DNA of 46,556 nt from an uncultured Opitutales bacterium. GTDB lineage: Bacteria > Verrucomicrobiota > Verrucomicrobiia > Opitutales > CAZCJJ01. Of the stretch, positions 39,440 to 46,556 are shown in pieces. The notes beneath the pieces are model-generated. The model worked only from the letters and a program-made list of their open reading frames with translations. It was not told where the DNA came from and searched no databases. How positions within the stretch are numbered: the stretch's first letter is position 1; every line of letters begins with the position of its first letter. Location: contig CAZCJJ010000004.1 in assembly GCA_964499045.1 (NCBI GenBank), forward strand, positions 1 to 46,556, in the 5' to 3' direction. The position numbers and the translations under genes were made by a program.

Positions 39440-42358
39440 TTAACTGTCCTGGAATCCAAAACTATAGAATTTTACTTTTGGTGAGTGGAGATGAAAGCGT
39501 AAGCGAATATCACCGGCAGGCAAAGTATTCCCGCCACGCCATGAAATCGGAATAGCCAGGCCATCGCCATTCACGGGCATGCAATCTGCGAGGCTAAAGC
39601 CTTGCACGGGTTCACCGGTGGCGACATTCAGCACTTCCACGGCAAAGGAATCCTTACTTTTCGCGATTCCCTCGACGTTAACCGTCAGTTGTCTCCCTGC
39701 CCCTGCAGGCGAGTCGATCGGGATTGTTGTTACCGTCCCATCCGTTACTCCGTTTTCAAGGGTATAATAAGTAAAACCATTAACCCTGATAGTGGCTACG
39801 CCGATCGAAGTCAGATTGTGGCGAAATCCGTCAGTCCCCTCACGGGTACCGGTAGTTGCTCTGTAGTACACGCGCAGGATATCACCATCCACCATGGGGT
39901 ACATTTGAAAGATGTAGCCTGAATCAAATGCTCCGGGGGCTCCCAGCGGCATGATACGCTCACCATTTTTCACCCGGGTAAAATTGAACCCGTCACGGCT
40001 GACCGCGATACCGACATCAGCCAAGGGACGGCCTGGAACACCCGGCCAATAGAAACCGAAGTACATGCCTGCGGCAGAGCGTACAGATGATGCATAGATT
40101 TCGTCTTCATTTTTACCGGCGACCGAGTCCAGATAGGGCTGACCACGCATGGTATAGAGATCATCCTCTGGCGTTGTATGATGAATACGTGTGCCAGCCG
40201 GCTCAGTCCCGTAGGGATCGTCAACATCAAGCAAACTCTCCAAGCCGCCCCAATTGACCATGTCACTTGTCCATATCACCCCCCATGATCGTCCTGTCTC
40301 CGTATAAACACGCCCATAGACTCTCAGCGGGCGTACAGGATCCTCCGGATCATAGAAATTTGGCCGGGCATTCTCGCGCATGGCTTTGACGACCGAGACC
40401 TCCCGGTCGGCCTCCCATACTTTTGCATCCGGAGAATATTCAACCCAATAAGAGCCGCGCCCTCCACCGACTTGCTGAATTCTCATATACTTCTTCTCCG
40501 GATCCGACTGATCCGGGTTTTCGACATACGCCGGGCTTCGAGACCCTGGTTTACCCCGGAAAAATTCCAGCGGTTGTTCGTCAAATACTTCCGCCTCCGG
40601 CAAACCATCGGGAAGCGCATCCACCATCTCGAAGCGCAGTCCATCATGGCTAATTGCCAAACCGCTTCGGGAGCCCTCTCCATCATCATTCGGTGAAGTA
40701 TAGCGCATGACATAAAGGTCGCCGTGCTTACTCACACGTGGCCCCCATACCGTGCGGCTATCTTCACCCCTGGGTGCCAATGCGGGCTCGTGGATAGGTT
40801 TCTCCATCTGGTTAAGTACCAACTCAACTCCTGAAGTTGACGCCACTTCCAAGGCATCAAGGAAGAGAATTTTGCGGTCCTCCGTAGTAGACAGTGAGGG
40901 GATTTTCAAACGGTCAAAAATCACCCGGTCCGCCGCATAAAACAGCAGTCCCACGTCATCAGCCCCCAGCGGCGCATTCTTTTCAGCCATAACCGGGAGA
41001 GAGGGAGCATTAAAGGGTCCACGCAATTCTTGGATATCACCAAATCCCTCCCCCATCCAGCGTGCGCTGTAGGACCAGCGCCGAGTCGTGTTCATCCAGG
41101 CCACCCAGACAACGCCACGGCCATCCCGGAACAGAGCAGGTCCGCCAAACTGCTCTATATGTGGCACCATTCGGCCAACTTTGCGCTGCCCCCAGATTCC
41201 GCGACGGGCAACCGCTATTTCCTCCGGATAAACGATGGCTTCGGTACGCCAGCCGGATTCGTCCAGAGTCGCATACCCCAGATTCGCACCTCCACCGGTG
41301 CGTTGCCTCAAATAATTCTCATCATCTCCAAAAGGAATACTGTTCACCCCTTCGTGCTGAAAGGTGATCAGCGGACGCCCGTCAACAACCATGATAGATG
41401 GATGAAGAACATATTCTCTGGCCGCCAATTCAGCCGGCAACCACTCTCCCGAAGGAGTACGTTGGGTCACCCAGATGGAATAGTCCCGACGGAATGCCAG
41501 CCATACGGATCCGTCCCCGGCAAGATCCATAACGGCGTCCTGACATTCCAGAAAGGATTCACGGAGTCTACCGGTCGGCCGTTTGGGCAGGGGTTCCGAA
41601 GCCTCAGCCCCGGCCACAACTTCGATCACACCATCGACTCCGGATCGATAATAAACCGTATCTCCCTTTGAAAAGCTCACTGCTACATCACCGTCGGCAT
41701 CAAGCATGATGTCACCGGCATGAACAGGCGCCTCGGCCAATTTCCAGCGACTCCAGGAATCAGCCAGCCTTAAATTATCTCCCAGCCGGGCCATAACATA
41801 CCACAGACCTTCGTCATCACGCCAGACAACATGGAGCACATCCAGATCATCAATCACCATACCACCACCGCTGACTTCACCATCAGCAGCGAATACAGCC
41901 TCACCTGGATCACCCACAAGCTCCATGAGCATCAGGTCCCCCCCGCGCGGACGACGGGAATCGAAATGTTCTCCAGCCGCAATACCGAGATAGAGACGCT
42001 CACTGTCCTGCTCAACAAGTACAAACCAATTACCAGCCGAGTCGCGCGTGATCTGTCGCCCATTGGATGGGAAGATATCGACATTAATGGGCACATTGGC
42101 CGATTCCGCCGATACCAGTAACGCATCTCCCGTATCCGGTTCCCTCAAACTAAAAGGGTCCCACATATTCACAAAATCAGACGGGTCCTCGGCAATCGGA
42201 GGCATGCTCGTATGCACATAATCCGCACCGTAGTCAGAGGCGGTGACTTGGAAGCAGAAACCTGCAAGCAACGATAGCAGGCCCAAAGCGTGCTTTGTTT
42301 TTAAGCTAAAACGGCTTTGCCGTATTTCCTGTACTTTGAGGTAGGTATTTTTTTTCAT
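39440..42358 (-). CDS. Double-propeller glycosidase-like protein A1 (972 aa), paralog of 33439..36378
   Basis: Signal peptide. Collinear with A2: MWDPFSLREPD, LITFQHEGV, ALFRDGRGVVWVAW, LRFHLHSPKVKFYSFGF. Confidence 0.7.
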   Translation of the reverse strand: MKKNTYLKVQEIRQSRFSLKTKHALGLLSLLAGFCFQVTASDYGADYVHTSMPPIAEDPSDFVNMWDPFSLREPDTGDALLVSAESANVPINVDIFPSNGRQITRDSAGNWFVLVEQDSERLYLGIAAGEHFDSRRPRGGDLMLMELVGDPGEAVFAADGEVSGGGMVIDDLDVLHVVWRDDEGLWYVMARLGDNLRLADSWSRWKLAEAPVHAGDIMLDADGDVAVSFSKGDTVYYRSGVDGVIEVVAGAEASEPLPKRPTGRLRESFLECQDAVMDLAGDGSVWLAFRRDYSIWVTQRTPSGEWLPAELAAREYVLHPSIMVVDGRPLITFQHEGVNSIPFGDDENYLRQRTGGGANLGYATLDESGWRTEAIVYPEEIAVARRGIWGQRKVGRMVPHIEQFGGPALFRDGRGVVWVAWMNTTRRWSYSARWMGEGFGDIQELRGPFNAPSLPVMAEKNAPLGADDVGLLFYAADRVIFDRLKIPSLSTTEDRKILFLDALEVASTSGVELVLNQMEKPIHEPALAPRGEDSRTVWGPRVSKHGDLYVMRYTSPNDDGEGSRSGLAISHDGLRFEMVDALPDGLPEAEVFDEQPLEFFRGKPGSRSPAYVENPDQSDPEKKYMRIQQVGGGRGSYWVEYSPDAKVWEADREVSVVKAMRENARPNFYDPEDPVRPLRVYGRVYTETGRSWGVIWTSDMVNWGGLESLLDVDDPYGTEPAGTRIHHTTPEDDLYTMRGQPYLDSVAGKNEDEIYASSVRSAAGMYFGFYWPGVPGRPLADVGIAVSRDGFNFTRVKNGERIMPLGAPGAFDSGYIFQMYPMVDGDILRVYYRATTGTREGTDGFRHNLTSIGVATIRVNGFTYYTLENGVTDGTVTTIPIDSPAGAGRQLTVNVEGIAKSKDSFAVEVLNVATGEPVQGFSLADCMPVNGDGLAIPISWRGGNTLPAGDIRLRFHLHSPKVKFYSFGFQDS

Positions 42359-42613
42359 AAATTATAAGCATTAATTGATGCCAATTTTTTTACCCACAAC
42401 AACCTGTTTTAATTGAAAGGGCTGTTGGGACCATAGTGGGGATTATGACTGAAGTGGTAGAATCACACAAACAGAGAGTCAAGGGGAATGGGCTGGACAC
42501 AAAAACTGACCACAACTTCAGCGCGAAAAAGACAGGTACAGCTCCTCATGCTGTTGTCCGTTTTTAACGGAAGTAATATATTTCCAGACCAACGGTGAGA
42601 GCCTCTTCGGGTC

Positions 42614-44104
42614 TCATTTTATTCGATTCCGGGTGAGCCAACTGACAAGGCAACCAACCCCTATGTTGACTGAAAGTGCGGATGCGCCAATCCATTGGAA
42701 GCTCAGGGAATACGAACCGGTTATGACATCCCAATACCCGACCAGAATCGCCGTGGTCGTCCCACAGATACAACCCGTTATCGCACCAAACCGATTGGCA
42801 AAGGGAACAAACAGGGCGAGGAAGAAAAGGGAGAATATGGGCGTTACCAGAAGATTCGTGGTTTTTTGTGTCACCTCCAGAAAATTGCCAGGAACTTTCT
42901 CCATCACCGTGCTGGCAGATACCACAATGACGCCAATGGTGAATGAAAGCAAACGGGACATAAACAAATGGCGGCTAGTGCTAAGTCTACCGCGTTTTCC
43001 CATTCGATCCACAAAATCGGTCTGAACCACTGCAGTAATGGAATTGATTCCTGAGTCTATACTCGACATGGCAGCGGCAAACAATGCGACGATAACGAGT
43101 CCCGAAACACCAACCGGCAGGCCCGTTGCAATAAAGAGCGGAAAAAACATGTCGGCATCATTATCCAAAGTCATTCCTTCCGCAGGAAAGCCGGGAGAAT
43201 AATGATAGAGACCCAGCAACGCAAATCCAACGAGTGTTAGCATGAGCGTAACAAAAATTTGGGCACACACAGTAATGAGGTAGGAGCGCCGTGCAATCGT
43301 TGCATTCGGCGTCGCCATATAGCGTTGTATGGCTGTTTGGTCACCCCCGGCTGTGGCCACCTGCCAGATAAACTGTGCCATTAACGCTCCTACTACGGTC
43401 ACCCGTACTCGCGGGTCAAAACTGTAAAGCGGCTGATGATCCCAGCTTTCCACCCATTCGGTAGGGAACCATCCCAATCCCTTCATTTTCAAGGAGATAA
43501 TCAATAGCGTCAGGAGCCCACCTCCCAGCAGGAGTACAAATTGAACAAAGTCGGTTACAACAACCGCACGCAAACCACCGATGGAAGTATAGATAACTGC
43601 GATGACACCACAAAAAGCAGAAACCCATGGCAAAGCCGCCCGGTCCAGCCCCAGCACCAGCAACAACACCGAAGAGGTGAGGTACAACATCAGCCCCATC
43701 CAAACCAGCCGCAAAAGGACAAACATGGATGCCCCGAGAAGTCGCATCGAAAGCCCAAGCCGCACTTCAAGCAGCTCATAGGCACTGATCACCCGGAATT
43801 GCATGAACCGGGGAATCAGCAGGTAACCGACCACCACATACGTTACCGGAGCCGCCAGCAGGCCACAAAGAATGACCGGTCCATGTTTGATAATTTCCCC
43901 GGGATGGGCCAGATAGGTTATGGTGCTGAACAGGGTAACGAAGAGGGAAATGCCAACAAACCCCGACTTCATGTTGCCACCACCGGTAAAAAATTCCCCC
44001 GAATCCTCCTGCTTCCTTGAGTAGTACCACCCGATACCCAGAACCGCGACTCCATAAAGCGCGATTAACACCCAATCCAGTAGCTGTAGTCCTTGAGCTT
44101 CCAT
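42614..44104 (-). CDS. Sodium:solute symporter (SSS) family transporter
   Basis: 496 aa and polytopic (about 13 TM helices). The N-terminal region is typical of the SSS family (FFTGGGNM..GISLFVTLFSTITYLAHPGE). Confidence 0.8.
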   Translation of the reverse strand: MEAQGLQLLDWVLIALYGVAVLGIGWYYSRKQEDSGEFFTGGGNMKSGFVGISLFVTLFSTITYLAHPGEIIKHGPVILCGLLAAPVTYVVVGYLLIPRFMQFRVISAYELLEVRLGLSMRLLGASMFVLLRLVWMGLMLYLTSSVLLLVLGLDRAALPWVSAFCGVIAVIYTSIGGLRAVVVTDFVQFVLLLGGGLLTLLIISLKMKGLGWFPTEWVESWDHQPLYSFDPRVRVTVVGALMAQFIWQVATAGGDQTAIQRYMATPNATIARRSYLITVCAQIFVTLMLTLVGFALLGLYHYSPGFPAEGMTLDNDADMFFPLFIATGLPVGVSGLVIVALFAAAMSSIDSGINSITAVVQTDFVDRMGKRGRLSTSRHLFMSRLLSFTIGVIVVSASTVMEKVPGNFLEVTQKTTNLLVTPIFSLFFLALFVPFANRFGAITGCICGTTTAILVGYWDVITGSYSLSFQWIGASALSVNIGVGCLVSWLTRNRIK

Positions 44105-44359
44105 GAAAAAAAGGATTACCCGTTTTTAGCGGATGACGACAGAATAAAGGTGAAGCAAAGTATTCCGACAGCGTTTCAACCCAGAGCAAGCGGATTCTCC
44201 CTGCCCTCCTGAACAACCATACGACAGGCGCCGGTTACGCATATCGGCCAAAGATGCTTCCCTGCTTGTTACACGTTCAGCCATGGCACAGCATTGGCTA
44301 TCTTTGCACGCACCTTGACAAGCTTCTTGTTTTGGTAATAAATCTTTACCTTTACAATT

Positions 44360-45439
44360 ATGCCAACCCCCATCATTCGCAAAACACTCGCCCAGCAAAC
44401 AGCCGACGGTATTCGCAACGCCATCCAAAGGGGTGATTATAAGAAGCACCTACCTGCGGAACGTACCCTCAGCCGTGACTTGAATGTGAGTCGTCCGACC
44501 CTGCGCAGCGCATTGAAGCTGCTGCTGGGTGAGGGTATCATCGAGCGTGAAGACTCTTCCAAGGCCTTGACTATCAAGATAAAGAGGAAGCGCAAAGTCC
44601 AAAAGGCTACCACCCATGTACGTTTCCTCGAAATCGAGGATGACGAGCACCCTCAGGATTACGCCCTGAATGCACGGATCCGGTTCCTGACCGAACATTT
44701 CCAGGAAAGAAAGGTGGATTTCAGCATTGAATCACTGTCCGGCTACTACCGGAACAGCCCGGCCAAGGCTCTGGAGCGCCTGCTGGGAAGACGCCATGCC
44801 GACCTCTGGATTCTCCGGTCATGCACCTATGCAGTCCAGCGGTGGTTTTGGAGGCAGAATATTCCCTGCGTTATCATGGGCTCCAGCTACAAGGGCATTG
44901 GCTACGACTCTATTGACCGCGACAACCATGCCATTTGTCGCCACGCAGCGGGCATGCTGATCGCCCGCGGGCATCAATCACTGGCCGTCATTCATCCATC
45001 CAGCTCACGCATGGGAGACGTCCTCAGCCTGGAAGGATTCCAGGAAGGAGTCCAGATCTCCAGTAACAAGCGGGTAACCCTCGCGACGCAGGCGTGTACC
45101 ATGTCACGTAAAGGCATTTGCAATGCAGTGGACAGCCTTCTGGCCGATCCGGCCCGCCCGGACGGGTGGTTTATCCTGCACCCAACCACCTACATGACGG
45201 TATGCACTTATCTCGCACGGCTCGGAATAGTCATTGGAAAGCAAATCAGCCTCATTTGTGAACACCCGGATCCTCATTTCGAGCACATTGTACCGAGTGC
45301 CGCCCACTACCAATGTGACGACAATGAATTAAATCGGCAGTTTCTGAAGCTTCTTTGCCAGAAACTCGATGGTGCCCCCTCGGAAAACCGTAAGTATTTT
45401 GTCATCTCCCACTTCAAACCGGGAGAAAGCTTGCGCTGA
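44360..45439 (+). CDS. Chimeric regulator: GntR-type winged HTH fused to a LacI/periplasmic-binding-like sugar sensor domain (AraR-like architecture)
   Basis: ERTLSRDLNVSRPTLRSALKLLLGEGII N-terminus, followed by a ~270-aa PBP-like domain. Confidence 0.7.
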   Translation: MPTPIIRKTLAQQTADGIRNAIQRGDYKKHLPAERTLSRDLNVSRPTLRSALKLLLGEGIIEREDSSKALTIKIKRKRKVQKATTHVRFLEIEDDEHPQDYALNARIRFLTEHFQERKVDFSIESLSGYYRNSPAKALERLLGRRHADLWILRSCTYAVQRWFWRQNIPCVIMGSSYKGIGYDSIDRDNHAICRHAAGMLIARGHQSLAVIHPSSSRMGDVLSLEGFQEGVQISSNKRVTLATQACTMSRKGICNAVDSLLADPARPDGWFILHPTTYMTVCTYLARLGIVIGKQISLICEHPDPHFEHIVPSAAHYQCDDNELNRQFLKLLCQKLDGAPSENRKYFVISHFKPGESLR

Positions 45440-45493
45440 AAAAACAGACCAGGGACCTTGGAGTTCGATGTTCCGGCTAAAAAAATGGGGCAT

Positions 45494-45519
45494 ACGGAGC
45501 GTGGGCATAGATGGCGAGG
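45494..45519 (-). repeat. Degenerate hairpin repeat unit
   Basis: ACGGAGC-GTGGGCAT-AGA-TGGCGAG resembles AAAGGAGC-GTGGGCA-TCT-TGCCCAC, but the stem is decayed. Confidence 0.3.
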
Positions 45520-45730
45520 TCTGAATTCCTGGCCCCGCTGACTTTTAACTTATCAACGCTGATGAGGGTCCAGGATCAATCTTCCCAAGTGGTTATTGTA
45601 TCCGGCTACCGGTAAAAAATTATGGCCAGAACAATCAAATTGACCGCGCGAATACCTATACCAATCCTTAACGCCATTATTTTCCACCAACAGTCCGTAT
45701 ACTCCATGCCCCGCTTGCACTATAATAAAA

Positions 45731-46480
45731 ATGACAAAGGATGAGCGTCAAAAAACGAAAATAGGGTTATATCTCCCTTATGCAGTCCCTGCCATTCTGG
45801 AGAGTATTGGCGCTGATTGGGACTGGATATGGATTGATGGTCAACATGGCCAGTTCGGATATACTGACATGATCTCCATGGTGCGTACTTGCGATTTTAT
45901 TCAGCGCCCGGCCTTCGTACGTGTGCCTTCACAAGACAAGGGTTGGGTAAGCCAGGCACTGGACATGAAGGCGGATGCGGTGATTGTCCCCCAGATCGAC
46001 AACGTGGAGCAGGCTCAGGCCATGGTGTCCGCAGCAAAGTTCCCGCCAGTGGGTAACCGGTCTTTCGGCGGACGTCGGGTTATTGATTTGATGGGGCGCA
46101 ACTATGCTTCGCAGGCAAATACAGCAACTTTACTGGTCTGCCAGATTGAATCCCCGGAAAGCATTGACAATGTCGATGCAATTGCCGCAACGCCAGGTGT
46201 GGACGCTCTCTTTTTCGGACCGGATGATTATTTCCTTCGTAAGGGCCACATTATGGGGACCCCTCTGCCATTGGATCAGTTGGAAGCAACCTATTCAAAA
46301 GTTATTACAGCTTGCCGCAACCACAGCAAAATCGCCATCACTTCCGTCGGCAGTCTTGAAACCCTTGCCCTGGCAAATCGGCAGGGCTTCGATTATATAT
46401 GCGCCGGAACAGTCAGCAATTTTCTCGCTCAAGCTTCCTCTCTGGCTTCTGCAAACGCCCGGGAAGCAGTGCTGTCCTAA
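45731..46480 (+). CDS. HpcH/HpaI family aldolase (second copy in the window)
   Basis: PAILESIGADWDWIWIDGQHG, FVRVP, MKADAVIVPQIDNVEQAQAMV. Confidence 0.8.
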   Translation: MTKDERQKTKIGLYLPYAVPAILESIGADWDWIWIDGQHGQFGYTDMISMVRTCDFIQRPAFVRVPSQDKGWVSQALDMKADAVIVPQIDNVEQAQAMVSAAKFPPVGNRSFGGRRVIDLMGRNYASQANTATLLVCQIESPESIDNVDAIAATPGVDALFFGPDDYFLRKGHIMGTPLPLDQLEATYSKVITACRNHSKIAITSVGSLETLALANRQGFDYICAGTVSNFLAQASSLASANAREAVLS

Positions 46481-46556
46481 GGTCGATGCCCATTTTTCCT
46501 TTAGTTCTTCTAACTTTTTTGTGGAAAGGCCTGCCTAGCTTGATCGGGGATCATAT

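Overview
This 46.6-kb chromosomal window is probably from a PVC-superphylum (Verrucomicrobiota-like) bacterium. That assignment is an inference from a PEP-CTERM sorting signal, very large FG-GAP proteins, many Gfo/Idh/MocA and SDR genes, and GC-rich hairpin repeats. It has three parts. (1) 1-17.3 kb is core housekeeping and stress genes: M23 peptidase, rpsO-pnp, dnaK, groES-groEL, dps, secG, clpB, hemN. (2) 17.3-30.3 kb is accessory: a RelE/ParE toxin-antitoxin pair; a sugar-acid-type catabolic cluster (SDR, Gfo/Idh/MocA x2, HpcH/HpaI aldolase, GntR, hexapeptide acyltransferase, ceramidase-like hydrolase, SDR); a 250-bp composite palindromic repeat element; a two-domain alpha/beta hydrolase; a PEP-CTERM protein gene broken by one in-frame TAG; and a LacI regulator. 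(3) 30.4-46.5 kb is a minus-strand locus of a Na+/solute symporter followed by a tandemly duplicated two-gene module, A1-B1-A2-B2. A is a ~975-aa double-propeller glycosidase-like protein and B is a ~980-aa FG-GAP protein with 14 DxNxDG loops. A GntR-HTH/LacI-type regulator and a second HpcH/HpaI aldolase flank it. I consider the A/B module the best candidate for an undescribed (glycan-processing) system. Other points worth a second look: a family of GC-rich hairpin repeats, a structured or MITE-like element present in at least two copies, sigma-54-type -24/-12 motifs directly upstream of dnaK and clpB, and several perfect palindromes in promoter regions. I found no tRNA, rRNA or CRISPR array. 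All similarity statements come from reading the sequence and motif recognition; no database search or alignment statistic was computed.
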